The notes beneath the pieces are model-generated. The model made no database searches, was not told where the DNA came from, and was given only the letters and a program-made list of their open reading frames with translations. DNA of 64,000 bases from Escherichia coli. Its GTDB lineage: Bacteria > Pseudomonadota > Gammaproteobacteria > Enterobacterales > Enterobacteriaceae. Of the stretch, positions 17,275 to 29,957 are shown piece after piece. Position numbers and translations under genes: made by a program. The DNA lies in NCBI RefSeq assembly GCF_013315695.1, contig NZ_CP054353.1; one strand, written 5' to 3'. Every line of letters starts with the position of its first letter. The stretch's first letter is position 1.

Positions 17275-18360
17275 ATGTTCAAGCGTCGTTATGTAACATT
17301 GCTTCCCCTTTTTGTGTTGCTTGCCGCCTGTAGCAGCAAGCCAAAACCTACTGAGACTGAAACGACCACCGGAACGCCGTCTGGCGGCTTCCTGCTTGAG
17401 CCGCAGCACAATGTGATGCAGATGGGCGGTGACTTCGCCAATAACCCGAATGCCCAGCAGTTCATCGACAAAATGGTGAACAAACACGGTTTCGATCGTC
17501 AGCAGTTGCAGGAAATTCTCTCCCAGGCGAAACGTCTGGATTCGGTACTGCGGCTGATGGATAACCAGGCACCAACCACATCGGTGAAACCGCCATCAGG
17601 TCCGAACGGCGCATGGCTGCGTTATCGCAAAAAATTTATTACGCCGGACAACGTGCAGAACGGTGTGGTTTTCTGGAATCAGTATGAAGATGCGTTGAAT
17701 CGCGCGTGGCAGGTGTATGGTGTACCGCCGGAAATTATCGTCGGGATTATCGGCGTTGAAACCCGCTGGGGGCGCGTGATGGGGAAAACTCGCATCCTCG
17801 ATGCGCTGGCAACGCTGTCATTTAACTACCCACGCCGCGCGGAGTATTTTTCTGGCGAGCTGGAAACCTTCCTGCTGATGGCGCGCGACGAGCAGGACGA
17901 TCCGCTCAATCTGAAAGGTTCCTTTGCCGGGGCGATGGGCTACGGTCAGTTTATGCCGTCGTCTTACAAACAATACGCGGTAGATTTCAGCGGCGACGGG
18001 CATATCAACCTGTGGGATCCGGTTGATGCCATTGGTAGTGTGGCGAACTATTTCAAAGCGCACGGCTGGGTGAAAGGTGATCAGGTTGCGGTGATGGCAA
18101 ACGGTCAGGCTCCAGGCTTGCCAAATGGCTTCAAAACCAAGTACAGCATTTCGCAGCTTGCCGCGGCAGGTTTAACGCCACAGCAGCCGCTGGGCAACCA
18201 TCAACAAGCCAGCCTGCTGCGTCTGGATGTTGGAACAGGTTACCAGTACTGGTACGGTCTGCCGAACTTCTACACCATTACCCGTTATAACCACAGCACC
18301 CATTACGCAATGGCGGTCTGGCAGTTAGGACAAGCCGTGGCGCTGGCGCGCGTGCAGTAA
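17275..18360 (+). CDS. mltB: Membrane-bound lytic murein transglycosylase B (lipoprotein)
   Basis: Lipoprotein signal ending in lipobox LLAAC at MFKRRYVTLLPLFVLLAACSS; start trimmed from the track ORF at 17170. Confidence 0.9.
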   Translation: MFKRRYVTLLPLFVLLAACSSKPKPTETETTTGTPSGGFLLEPQHNVMQMGGDFANNPNAQQFIDKMVNKHGFDRQQLQEILSQAKRLDSVLRLMDNQAPTTSVKPPSGPNGAWLRYRKKFITPDNVQNGVVFWNQYEDALNRAWQVYGVPPEIIVGIIGVETRWGRVMGKTRILDALATLSFNYPRRAEYFSGELETFLLMARDEQDDPLNLKGSFAGAMGYGQFMPSSYKQYAVDFSGDGHINLWDPVDAIGSVANYFKAHGWVKGDQVAVMANGQAPGLPNGFKTKYSISQLAAAGLTPQQPLGNHQQASLLRLDVGTGYQYWYGLPNFYTITRYNHSTHYAMAVWQLGQAVALARVQ

Positions 18361-18504
18361 CTCTTTGCAAGAGGGGGGCGTGAGCTTCCCTCTGGCTAAT
18401 CAGCTTTTTTCTGAATCCTCCTCGTAAAATTGCAACGCCAACACCATCTTCCTGACGAAAGTGCTATCTTGTCCGGCATAAATTTTTGACTGACAGAGGT
18501 TGTG

Positions 18505-19002
18505 ATGACTGACAGTGAACTGATGCAGTTAAGCGAACAGGTTGGGCAGGCGCTGAAAGCCCGTGGCGCAACCGTAACAACTGCTGAGTCTTGTACCGGC
18601 GGTTGGGTAGCGAAAGTGATTACCGATATTGCCGGCAGTTCCGCCTGGTTTGAACGCGGATTTGTCACCTACAGTAACGAAGCCAAAGCGCAAATGATCG
18701 GTGTACGCGAAGAGACGCTGGCGCAGCATGGTGCGGTGAGCGAACCTGTCGTGGTGGAAATGGCGATAGGCGCACTGAAAGCGGCTCGTGCTGATTACGC
18801 CGTGTCTATTAGTGGTATCGCCGGGCCGGATGGCGGCAGTGAAGAGAAGCCTGTCGGCACCGTCTGGTTTGCTTTTGCCACCGCCCGTGGTGAAGGCATT
18901 ACCCGGCGGGAATGCTTCAGCGGTGACCGTGATGCGGTGCGTCGTCAGGCTACTGCGTATGCATTGCAGACCTTGTGGCAACAATTTCTACAAAACACTT
19001 GA
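18505..19002 (+). CDS. pncC: NMN amidohydrolase (CinA C-terminal domain family)
   Basis: 165-aa ORF immediately upstream of recA. Confidence 0.9.
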   Translation: MTDSELMQLSEQVGQALKARGATVTTAESCTGGWVAKVITDIAGSSAWFERGFVTYSNEAKAQMIGVREETLAQHGAVSEPVVVEMAIGALKAARADYAVSISGIAGPDGGSEEKPVGTVWFAFATARGEGITRRECFSGDRDAVRRQATAYALQTLWQQFLQNT

Positions 19003-20143
<1,141 letters not shown>

Positions 20144-20163
20144 TCGTCTTGTTTGATACACAA

Positions 20164-20192
20164 GGGTCGCATCTGCGGCCCTTTTGCTTTTT
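20164..20192 (+). terminator. Rho-independent terminator/attenuator between recA and recX
   Basis: Hairpin gggtcgcatctgcggccc followed by TTTTGCTTTTT. Confidence 0.7.
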
Positions 20193-20210
20193 AAGTTGTA
20201 AGGGTATGCC

Positions 20211-20711
20211 ATGACAGAATCAACATCCCGTCGCCCGGCATATGCTCGCCTGTTGGATCGTGCGGTACGCATTCTGGCGGTGCGCGATCACAGTGAGCAA
20301 GAACTGCGGCGTAAACTCGCGGCACCGATTATGGGCAAAAATGGCCCGGAAGAGATTGATGCCACGGCAGAAGATTACGAGCGTGTTATTGCCTGGTGCC
20401 ATGAACATGGCTATCTTGATGACAGCCGATTTGTTGCGCGCTTTATCGCCAGCCGTAGCCGCAAAGGTTATGGACCTGCGCGTATTCGTCAGGAACTGAA
20501 TCAGAAAGGTATTTCCCGCGAAGCGACAGAAAAAGCGATGCGTGAATGTGACATCGACTGGTGCGCACTGGCGCGCGATCAGGCGACGCGAAAATATGGC
20601 GAACCTTTGCCAACTGTCTTTTCAGAAAAAGTTAAGATCCAGCGTTTTCTGCTCTATCGTGGCTATCTGATGGAAGATATCCAGGATATTTGGCGAAATT
20701 TTGCCGACTGA
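20211..20711 (+). CDS. recX: RecA regulator RecX
   Basis: 166-aa ORF directly downstream of recA. Confidence 0.93.
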   Translation: MTESTSRRPAYARLLDRAVRILAVRDHSEQELRRKLAAPIMGKNGPEEIDATAEDYERVIAWCHEHGYLDDSRFVARFIASRSRKGYGPARIRQELNQKGISREATEKAMRECDIDWCALARDQATRKYGEPLPTVFSEKVKIQRFLLYRGYLMEDIQDIWRNFAD

Positions 20712-20839
20712 ACGCATACGGGATTTTACTTCCCAGTCAAGAAAACTTATCTTATTCCCACTTTTCAGTTACCAGCCGGGCGGTTAACGACACGCAACGG
20801 CTGGTAGCGATATTTCGTTAGCTTGATTTCAGGATAATT

Positions 20840-23470
20840 ATGAGCAAGAGCACCGCTGAGATCCGTCAGGCGTTTCTCGACTTTTTCCATAGTAAGGGAC
20901 ATCAGGTAGTTGCCAGCAGCTCCCTGGTACCCCATAACGACCCAACTTTGTTGTTTACCAACGCCGGGATGAACCAGTTCAAGGATGTGTTCCTTGGGCT
21001 CGACAAGCGTAATTATTCCCGCGCTACCACTTCCCAACGCTGCGTGCGTGCGGGTGGTAAACACAACGACCTGGAAAACGTCGGTTACACCGCGCGTCAC
21101 CATACCTTCTTCGAAATGCTGGGCAACTTCAGCTTCGGCGACTATTTCAAACACGATGCCATTCAGTTTGCATGGGAACTGCTGACCAGCGAAAAATGGT
21201 TTGCCCTGCCGAAAGAGCGTCTGTGGGTTACCGTCTATGAAAGCGACGACGAAGCCTACGAAATCTGGGAAAAAGAAGTAGGGATCCCGCGCGAACGTAT
21301 TATTCGCATCGGCGATAACAAAGGTGCGCCATACGCATCTGACAACTTCTGGCAGATGGGTGACACTGGTCCGTGCGGCCCGTGCACCGAAATCTTCTAC
21401 GATCACGGCGACCACATTTGGGGTGGCCCTCCGGGAAGTCCGGAAGAAGACGGCGACCGCTACATTGAGATCTGGAACATCGTCTTCATGCAGTTCAACC
21501 GCCAGGCCGATGGCACGATGGAACCGCTGCCGAAGCCGTCTGTAGATACCGGTATGGGGCTGGAGCGTATTGCTGCGGTGCTGCAACACGTTAACTCTAA
21601 CTATGACATCGACCTGTTCCGTACGCTGATCCAGGCGGTAGCGAAAGTCACTGGCGCGACCGATTTGAGCAACAAATCGCTGCGCGTAATCGCTGACCAC
21701 ATTCGTTCTTGTGCGTTCCTGATCGCGGATGGCGTAATGCCGTCCAACGAAAACCGTGGTTATGTACTGCGTCGTATCATTCGTCGCGCAGTGCGTCACG
21801 GCAATATGCTGGGCGCGAAAGAAACCTTCTTCTACAAACTGGTTGGTCCGCTGATCGACGTTATGGGCTCTGCGGGTGAAGACCTGAAACGCCAGCAGGC
21901 GCAGGTTGAGCAGGTGCTGAAGACTGAAGAAGAGCAGTTTGCCCGTACTCTGGAGCGCGGTCTGGCGCTGCTGGACGAAGAGCTGGCAAAACTTTCTGGT
22001 GATACGCTGGATGGTGAAACGGCTTTCCGTCTGTACGACACCTATGGCTTCCCGGTTGACCTGACGGCTGATGTTTGTCGTGAGCGCAACATCAAAGTTG
22101 ACGAAGCTGGATTTGAAGCAGCAATGGAAGAGCAGCGTCGTCGTGCGCGCGAAGCCAGCGGCTTTGGTGCCGATTACAACGCAATGATCCGTGTTGACAG
22201 TGCATCTGAATTTAAAGGCTATGACCATCTGGAACTGAACGGCAAAGTGACCGCGCTGTTTGTTGATGGTAAAGCGGTTGATGCCATCAATGCAGGCCAG
22301 GAAGCTGTGGTCGTGCTGGATCAAACGCCATTCTATGCGGAATCCGGCGGTCAGGTTGGTGATAAAGGCGAACTGAAAGGCGCTAACTTCTCCTTTGCGG
22401 TGGAAGATACGCAGAAATACGGCCAGGCGATTGGTCACATCGGTAAACTTGCTGCGGGTTCTCTGAAAGTGGGCGACGCGGTGCAGGCGGATGTTGATGA
22501 AGCTCGTCGCGCCCGTATTCGTCTGAATCACTCCGCAACGCACCTGATGCACGCGGCGTTGCGCCAGGTTCTGGGTACTCATGTATCGCAGAAAGGTTCA
22601 CTGGTTAACGACAAAGTGCTGCGCTTCGACTTCTCACACAACGAAGCGATGAAACCAGAAGAGATTCGTGCGGTCGAAGACCTGGTGAACGCACAGATTC
22701 GCCGTAACTTGCCGATCGAAACCAACATCATGGATCTCGAAGCGGCGAAAGCGAAAGGTGCGATGGCGCTGTTTGGCGAGAAGTATGATGAGCGCGTACG
22801 CGTGCTGAGCATGGGTGATTTCTCCACCGAGTTGTGTGGCGGTACTCACGCCAGCCGCACTGGTGATATTGGTCTGTTCCGCATCATCTCTGAATCGGGT
22901 ACTGCTGCAGGCGTTCGTCGTATTGAAGCGGTAACCGGAGAAGGCGCTATCGCCACCGTTCATGCAGACAGTGATCGCTTAAGCGAAGTCGCGCATCTGC
23001 TGAAAGGCGATAGCAATAATCTGGCTGATAAAGTGCGTTCAGTACTGGAACGTACGCGTCAGCTGGAAAAAGAGTTACAACAGCTTAAAGAACAAGCTGC
23101 CGCACAGGAGAGCGCAAATCTTTCCAGTAAGGCAATTGATGTTAATGGTGTTAAGCTGTTGGTTAGCGAGCTTAGCGGTGTTGAGCCGAAAATGTTGCGT
23201 ACCATGGTTGACGATTTAAAAAATCAGCTGGGGTCGACAATTATCGTGCTGGCAACGGTAGTCGAAGGTAAGGTTTCTCTGATTGCAGGCGTATCTAAGG
23301 ACGTCACAGATCGTGTGAAAGCAGGGGAACTGATTGGTATGGTCGCTCAGCAGGTGGGCGGCAAGGGTGGTGGACGTCCTGACATGGCGCAAGCCGGTGG
23401 TACGGATGCTGCGGCCTTACCTGCAGCGTTAGCCAGTGTGAAAGGCTGGGTCAGCGCGAAATTGCAATAA
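20840..23470 (+). CDS. alaS: Alanine--tRNA ligase
   Basis: 876-aa ORF with class II aaRS motifs and the editing-domain HxxxH...CGGTH motif. Confidence 0.97.
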   Translation: MSKSTAEIRQAFLDFFHSKGHQVVASSSLVPHNDPTLLFTNAGMNQFKDVFLGLDKRNYSRATTSQRCVRAGGKHNDLENVGYTARHHTFFEMLGNFSFGDYFKHDAIQFAWELLTSEKWFALPKERLWVTVYESDDEAYEIWEKEVGIPRERIIRIGDNKGAPYASDNFWQMGDTGPCGPCTEIFYDHGDHIWGGPPGSPEEDGDRYIEIWNIVFMQFNRQADGTMEPLPKPSVDTGMGLERIAAVLQHVNSNYDIDLFRTLIQAVAKVTGATDLSNKSLRVIADHIRSCAFLIADGVMPSNENRGYVLRRIIRRAVRHGNMLGAKETFFYKLVGPLIDVMGSAGEDLKRQQAQVEQVLKTEEEQFARTLERGLALLDEELAKLSGDTLDGETAFRLYDTYGFPVDLTADVCRERNIKVDEAGFEAAMEEQRRRAREASGFGADYNAMIRVDSASEFKGYDHLELNGKVTALFVDGKAVDAINAGQEAVVVLDQTPFYAESGGQVGDKGELKGANFSFAVEDTQKYGQAIGHIGKLAAGSLKVGDAVQADVDEARRARIRLNHSATHLMHAALRQVLGTHVSQKGSLVNDKVLRFDFSHNEAMKPEEIRAVEDLVNAQIRRNLPIETNIMDLEAAKAKGAMALFGEKYDERVRVLSMGDFSTELCGGTHASRTGDIGLFRIISESGTAAGVRRIEAVTGEGAIATVHADSDRLSEVAHLLKGDSNNLADKVRSVLERTRQLEKELQQLKEQAAAQESANLSSKAIDVNGVKLLVSELSGVEPKMLRTMVDDLKNQLGSTIIVLATVVEGKVSLIAGVSKDVTDRVKAGELIGMVAQQVGGKGGGRPDMAQAGGTDAAALPAALASVKGWVSAKLQ

Positions 23471-23704
23471 TATAAGCGTCAGGCAATGCCGTGGACTCGC
23501 TTCACGGCATTCGCATTAACGCTATCGACAACGATAAAGTCAGGTTGAAGTTGTGTATATCGGCTAAACTTAGGTTTAACAGAATGTAATGCCATGACTG
23601 CTTAGATGTAATGTGTTTGTCATTGCTTACTTTTTGGCGTTATATGATGGATAATGCCGGGATACAGAGAGACCCGACTCTTTTAATCTTTCAAGGAGCA
23701 AAGA

Positions 23705-23890
23705 ATGCTGATTCTGACTCGTCGAGTTGGTGAGACCCTCATGATTGGGGATGAGGTCACCGTGACAGTTTTAGGGGTAAAGGGCAACCAGGTACGTATT
23801 GGCGTAAATGCCCCGAAGGAAGTTTCTGTTCACCGTGAAGAGATCTACCAGCGTATCCAGGCTGAAAAATCCCAGCAGTCCAGTTACTAA
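23705..23890 (+). CDS. csrA: Carbon storage regulator CsrA (RNA-binding global regulator)
   Basis: 61-aa translation [48 protein letters not shown]... recognised as CsrA. Confidence 0.98.
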
Positions 23891-23897
23891 TCTTTCC

Positions 23898-23923
23898 GCG
23901 TCTCATCTTTATCGGTGAGACGC
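23898..23923 (+). terminator. Putative stem-loop terminator after csrA
   Basis: Hairpin gcgtctca...tgagacgc 8 nt after the csrA stop; weak U-tract. Confidence 0.4.
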
Positions 23924-24205
23924 ACCCTCAAAATTTCTCCTTCACTCTATAGTCTTTTCGCTTTACTCCCGTTCATTCAACTTAAGTCTCCATTTTTTTG
24001 CATTACTGCTATCTGTCAGACCTCCGTTTTTCTGTTGATAAAACACTCTTTTTGACGTTTTTACAGACTAATTGAGCGTGAAGTGTGCAAACGATAAAAG
24101 TGTGGGAAAAATTGTTTGACTTATAAGTCTCAGAAAGTAATATGTGCGCCACGCAGCGACGATGAGCGATAAACAAGCTCTTCGAAGCACTCGTAAGAGG
24201 CGTGT

Positions 24206-24298
24206 GGTGAGGTGGCCGAGAGGCTGAAGGCGCTCCCCTGCTAAGGGAGTATGCGGTCAAAAGCTGCATCCGGGGTTCGAATCCCCGCCTCACCGCCA
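24206..24298 (+). tRNA. serV: tRNA-Ser (anticodon GCU), long variable arm
   Basis: 93-nt sequence GGTGAGGTGGCCGAG...GGTTCGAATCCCCGCCTCACCGCCA with anticodon loop CUGCUAA. Confidence 0.95.
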
Positions 24299-24301
24299 TT
24301 T

Positions 24302-24378
24302 GCATCCGTAGCTCAGCTGGATAGAGTACTCGGCTACGAACCGAGCGGTCGGAGGTTCGAATCCTCCCGGATGCACCA
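24302..24378 (+). tRNA. argV: tRNA-Arg (anticodon ACG)
   Basis: 77-nt GCATCCGTAGCTCAG...GGTTCGAATCCTCCCGGATGCACCA with anticodon ACG. Confidence 0.95.
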
Positions 24379-24440
24379 TCTCTTACTTGATATGGCTTTA
24401 GTAGCGGTATCAATATCAGCAGTAAAATAAATTTCCCGAT

Positions 24441-24517
24441 GCATCCGTAGCTCAGCTGGATAGAGTACTCGGCTACGAACCGAGCGGTCGGAGGTTCGAA
24501 TCCTCCCGGATGCACCA
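24441..24517 (+). tRNA. argY: tRNA-Arg (anticodon ACG), identical copy
   Basis: Identical 77-nt tRNA preceded by an identical 62-bp spacer. Confidence 0.95.
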
Positions 24518-24579
24518 TCTCTTACTTGATATGGCTTTAGTAGCGGTATCAATATCAGCAGTAAAATAAATTTCCCGAT

Positions 24580-24656
24580 GCATCCGTAGCTCAGCTGGAT
24601 AGAGTACTCGGCTACGAACCGAGCGGTCGGAGGTTCGAATCCTCCCGGATGCACCA
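24580..24656 (+). tRNA. argZ: tRNA-Arg (anticodon ACG), identical copy
   Basis: Identical 77-nt tRNA preceded by an identical 62-bp spacer. Confidence 0.95.
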
Positions 24657-24718
24657 TCTCTTACTTGATATGGCTTTAGTAGCGGTATCAATATCAGCAG
24701 TAAAATAAATTTCCCGAT

Positions 24719-24795
24719 GCATCCGTAGCTCAGCTGGATAGAGTACTCGGCTACGAACCGAGCGGTCGGAGGTTCGAATCCTCCCGGATGCACCA
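24719..24795 (+). tRNA. argQ: tRNA-Arg (anticodon ACG), identical copy
   Basis: Identical 77-nt tRNA preceded by an identical 62-bp spacer. Confidence 0.95.
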
Positions 24796-24888
24796 TATTC
24801 TCCGAAATCTTCAGCAATGAAGGTATCGAAGAGGTAGCGATATTAACCGCACGCCAGCAGCGGCCCGAAGGGCGAACGCCAGTGAGTC

Positions 24889-24910
24889 ATCCTCCCGGAT
24901 GCACCATATT
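24889..24910 (+). repeat. Direct repeat of the tRNA-Arg 3' end (atcctcccggatgcaccatatt), 93 bp downstream of argQ
   Basis: Exact 22-bp copy of the last 17 nt of argQ plus 5 nt of its 3' flank. Confidence 0.8.
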
Positions 24911-25053
24911 ATCCAAAAAATTTCCTTCAAAAATATCTCATTTCTAAATAACTACTTTATCCATTTCCTGAATTTTCTTCTCCTTCGCCATCAGCGACAA
25001 AATCAAGCAATTACGCTAAAGTAGCGTCATATTTTTCGACTTGCGAGAAGACC

Positions 25054-25620
25054 ATGTACGAGCGTTATGCAGGTTTAATTTTTGATATGGATGGCACCAT
25101 CCTGGATACCGAGCCTACGCACCGTAAAGCGTGGCGCGAAGTATTAGGGCACTACGGTCTTCAGTACGATGTTCAGGCGATGATTGCGCTTAATGGCTCG
25201 CCCACCTGGCGTATTGCTCAGGCAATTATTGAGCTGAATCAGGCCGATCTCGACCCGCATGCGTTAGCGCGTGAAAAAACAGAAGCAGTAAGAAGTATGC
25301 TGCTGGATAGTGTCGAGCCGCTTCCTCTTGTTGAAGTGGTGAAAAGTTGGCATGGTCGTCGCCCAATGGCTGTAGGAACGGGGAGTGAAAGCGCCATCGC
25401 TGAGGCATTGCTGGCGCACCTGGGATTACGCCGTTATTTTGACGCCGTCGTCGCTGCCGATCACGTCAAACACCATAAACCCGCGCCAGACACATTTTTG
25501 TTGTGCGCGCAGCGTATGGGCGTGCAACCGACACAGTGTGTGGTCTTTGAAGATGCCGATTTCGGTATTCAGGCGGCCCGTGCAGCAGGCATGGACGCTG
25601 TGGATGTTCGCTTGCTGTGA
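25054..25620 (+). CDS. yqaB: HAD-superfamily sugar-phosphate phosphatase
   Basis: 188-aa ORF with HAD motif I (IFDMDGTILDT); synteny. Confidence 0.9.
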   Translation: MYERYAGLIFDMDGTILDTEPTHRKAWREVLGHYGLQYDVQAMIALNGSPTWRIAQAIIELNQADLDPHALAREKTEAVRSMLLDSVEPLPLVEVVKSWHGRRPMAVGTGSESAIAEALLAHLGLRRYFDAVVAADHVKHHKPAPDTFLLCAQRMGVQPTQCVVFEDADFGIQAARAAGMDAVDVRLL

Positions 25621-26045
25621 GTGAAGCGTTATCGCTTTTCTCGTTGTTTGCCAGTAGTTTTCTCAGCGCTACACTATTACCCGGCAACTCCGAAGTCGTG
25701 CTGGTGGCAATGTTGCTTTCCGGGATCAGTCATCCCTGGGTTTTAGTTTTAACAGCAACAATGGGTAATAGCCTTGGAGGGTTAACTAACGTTATCCTTG
25801 GGCGTTTCTTTCCATTGCGTAAAACATCGCGCTGGCAAGAGAAAGCTACCGGCTGGCTGAAACGCTATGGTGCAGTCACGCTATTATTAAGCTGGATGCC
25901 CGTGGTTGGCGATTTACTGTGTCTGTTAGCGGGATGGATGCGCATCTCGTGGGGACCGGTAATCTTTTTTTTGTGCCTTGGTAAAGCGTTACGCTATGTT
26001 GCAGTTGCAGCAGCTACCGTTCAGGGCATGATGTGGTGGCACTAA
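25617..26045 (+). CDS. yqaA: Small inner-membrane protein (DedA/SNARE-associated-like)
   Basis: 142-aa hydrophobic ORF overlapping the yqaB stop. Confidence 0.85.
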   Translation: MSEALSLFSLFASSFLSATLLPGNSEVVLVAMLLSGISHPWVLVLTATMGNSLGGLTNVILGRFFPLRKTSRWQEKATGWLKRYGAVTLLLSWMPVVGDLLCLLAGWMRISWGPVIFFLCLGKALRYVAVAAATVQGMMWWH

Positions 26046-26090
26046 TTGTAGGCCTGCACATATGGTCACCATTACAGTTATGCTAATTAA

Positions 26091-27674
<1,584 letters not shown>

Positions 27675-27682
27675 CAGAAAAG

Positions 27683-27755
27683 AAAAAGGCCACTCGTGAG
27701 TGGCCAAAATTTCATCTCTGAATTCAGGGATGATGATAACAAATGCGCGTCTTTC
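27683..27755 (-). ncRNA. micA: MicA (SraD) small RNA, Hfq-dependent repressor of ompA and other envelope mRNAs
   Basis: Reverse complement reads GAAAGACGCGCATTTGTTATCATCATCCCTGAATTCAGAGATGAAATTTTGGCCACTCACGAGTGGCCTTTTT, terminator hairpin included; sits in the gshA-luxS gap. Confidence 0.9.
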
Positions 27756-27823
27756 ATATACTCAGACTCGCCTGGGAAGAAAGAGTTCAGAAAATTTTTA
27801 AAAAAATTACCGGAGGTGGCTAA

Positions 27824-28339
27824 ATGCCGTTGTTAGATAGCTTCACAGTCGATCATACCCGGATGGAAGCGCCTGCAGTTCGGGTGGCGAAAACAATGAA
27901 CACCCCGCATGGCGACGCAATCACCGTGTTCGATCTGCGCTTCTGCGTGCCGAACAAAGAAGTGATGCCAGAAAGAGGGATCCATACCCTGGAGCACCTG
28001 TTTGCTGGTTTTATGCGTAACCATCTTAACGGTAATGGCGTAGAGATTATCGATATCTCGCCAATGGGCTGCCGCACCGGTTTTTATATGAGTCTGATTG
28101 GTACGCCAGATGAGCAGCGTGTCGCTGATGCCTGGAAAGCGGCAATGGAAGACGTGCTGAAAGTGCAGGATCAGAATCAGATCCCGGAACTGAACGTCTA
28201 CCAGTGTGGCACTTACCAGATGCACTCGTTGCAGGAAGCGCAGGATATTGCGCGTAACATTCTGGAACGTGACGTGCGCATCAACAGCAACGAAGAACTG
28301 GCGCTGCCGAAAGAGAAGTTGCAGGAACTGCACATCTAG
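27824..28339 (+). CDS. luxS: S-ribosylhomocysteine lyase (AI-2 synthase)
   Basis: 171-aa translation with the HTLEH metal-binding motif. Confidence 0.97.
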   Translation: MPLLDSFTVDHTRMEAPAVRVAKTMNTPHGDAITVFDLRFCVPNKEVMPERGIHTLEHLFAGFMRNHLNGNGVEIIDISPMGCRTGFYMSLIGTPDEQRVADAWKAAMEDVLKVQDQNQIPELNVYQCGTYQMHSLQEAQDIARNILERDVRINSNEELALPKEKLQELHI

Positions 28340-28365
28340 TCAGTAAACTATCTTCACAATTAATT

Positions 28366-28400
28366 GAAAAAAGCCAGTTCAAATGAACTGGCTTAGTTGT
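28366..28400. terminator. Bidirectional rho-independent terminator between luxS and emrB
   Basis: Hairpin gccagttc-aaat-gaactggc flanked by an A-run upstream and T-rich sequence downstream. Confidence 0.6.
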
Positions 28401-28402
28401 AC

Positions 28403-29941
28403 TTAGTGCGCACCGCCTCCGCCGCCACCTGCGCCAAATGGCGGTTTAGCAAACCACACCAGCCCCAGCAAGACGAGGAATATCCCGGCTGACATCCAGA
28501 AGATCTCATTGGCGGAAATAATCAGCCCCTGATTGGTGATCTGCTGGGCAATCCAGCCTGATGCCTGCTGTTGCGTCATCCCAAGCCCTTCCAGTTGACT
28601 GTACATCGCCTGGGCATTCGGGTTGAACGGGTTTACCGACTCAGTCAACTGCGCATGGTGCAGCGACTCGTGGTTGGTCCACATAGTCGTGGTTATCGAT
28701 GTGCCGATAGACCCCGCCAGCGTTCGCGTAAAGTTGGAGAGGCTCGATGCTGCCGCCAGTCGTTCCGGTGGCAAACCGGACAGCGTAATGGTGGTTAGCG
28801 GCATAAAGAAGCAGGCCACCGCAAAACCCTGGATAAACTGCGGCCAGGCCGACGCGCCAAAATCCATACCCGGTTCAAAGGTATAGGCACGCCAGTAGAA
28901 GCAGACGGCATACATAATAAAGCTGAAGGTTACCAGCCGCCGCATATCCAGTTTATGCGCGAAGCGGCCGATAATCGGCGACAGGATCACCGGAATAATT
29001 CCTACCGGCGCAGAGGCCAGACCTGCCCACGTTGCCGTGTAACCGTAGACCTCCTGCAACAACTGCGGCAGCAGAACAATCGCGCCGAAGTAGAGCATAT
29101 ACGCGAGGCTGATACACAAGCAGCCGATGGTGAAGTTGCGCGACTTAAACAACGACAGATCGACTATCGGGTTATCGTCGGTCAGCTCCCAGACAATCAG
29201 GAAGCAGATAGCCACCACCGCCACCACGGTGAGGATGATAATTTCCTGTGATGAGAACCAGTCCAGCTCTTTACCGCGGTCGAGCATAATCTGCAGGCTG
29301 CCGATACCAATAACCAGCAGTGCCAGCCCCACGGCATCAATCCGCCGCCGTTCGGTGCGGGTTTCACGTCCGCGCAGAGTTTGCAGTGTCATCAACACCA
29401 CCGCCACGCCAATCGGCACGTTGATGAAGAATATCCAGCCCCAGTGGTAATTATCGCTGATATACCCACCGAGGATCGGGCCGCAAATTGGCGCGACAAT
29501 CACCGTCATTGACCACAACGCCAGCGCGATCGAGCGTTTGGCTGGCGGGTAGTTATTCAGCAATAGACTTTGCGAAAGCGGGATCAGCGGCCCGGCGACA
29601 ATCCCCTGAATCACGCGGAAGAAGATCAGCATATTCAGGCTGCTGGAGACACCACATGCCCACGACGCAATAGCGAAGGCGATGGTGGACCAGAGGAACA
29701 GTTTCACTTCCCCGACGCGCTTTGCCAGCCAGCCGGTAAGCGGGATCGAGATGGCATTCGCCACCCCGAAAGAAGTGATTACCCACGTTCCCTGGCTGAG
29801 CGATGAGCCCAGATTCCCGGCGATAGTGGGGATCGCCACGTTAGCAATGGTGGAGTCCAGCACCTGCATGAATGTCGCCAGTGACAGCGCAATTGTCATA
29901 ATGACCAGTTGTGCGCCTTCCAGCGGTTTTTGCTGTTGCAT
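28403..29941 (-). CDS. emrB: Multidrug efflux MFS transporter EmrB (14-TMS DHA2 family)
   Basis: Polytopic membrane ORF; start trimmed to MQQQKPLEG (512 aa). Confidence 0.93.
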   Translation of the reverse strand: MQQQKPLEGAQLVIMTIALSLATFMQVLDSTIANVAIPTIAGNLGSSLSQGTWVITSFGVANAISIPLTGWLAKRVGEVKLFLWSTIAFAIASWACGVSSSLNMLIFFRVIQGIVAGPLIPLSQSLLLNNYPPAKRSIALALWSMTVIVAPICGPILGGYISDNYHWGWIFFINVPIGVAVVLMTLQTLRGRETRTERRRIDAVGLALLVIGIGSLQIMLDRGKELDWFSSQEIIILTVVAVVAICFLIVWELTDDNPIVDLSLFKSRNFTIGCLCISLAYMLYFGAIVLLPQLLQEVYGYTATWAGLASAPVGIIPVILSPIIGRFAHKLDMRRLVTFSFIMYAVCFYWRAYTFEPGMDFGASAWPQFIQGFAVACFFMPLTTITLSGLPPERLAAASSLSNFTRTLAGSIGTSITTTMWTNHESLHHAQLTESVNPFNPNAQAMYSQLEGLGMTQQQASGWIAQQITNQGLIISANEIFWMSAGIFLVLLGLVWFAKPPFGAGGGGGGAH

Positions 29942-29957
29942 CACACGCACCTCTGGA

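Noticed and set aside
20765-22582. 605-aa ORF on the minus strand, antisense to alaS
   Set aside because: It lies entirely opposite a highly expressed, strongly codon-biased gene whose identity is certain. Long antisense frames arise when the sense strand avoids codons whose complements are stops. No RBS or independent coding signal.
24302-24795. Regular repeat-spacer periodicity that could be mistaken for a CRISPR array
   Set aside because: The repeats are 77-nt tRNA-Arg genes with cloverleaf structure, the spacers are identical to one another, and no cas genes are nearby.
24009-24817. Three minus-strand ORFs (107-169 aa) with near-identical translations
   Set aside because: They are read-through translations of the tandem tRNA-Arg array on the opposite strand; the repetition comes from the tRNA repeats.
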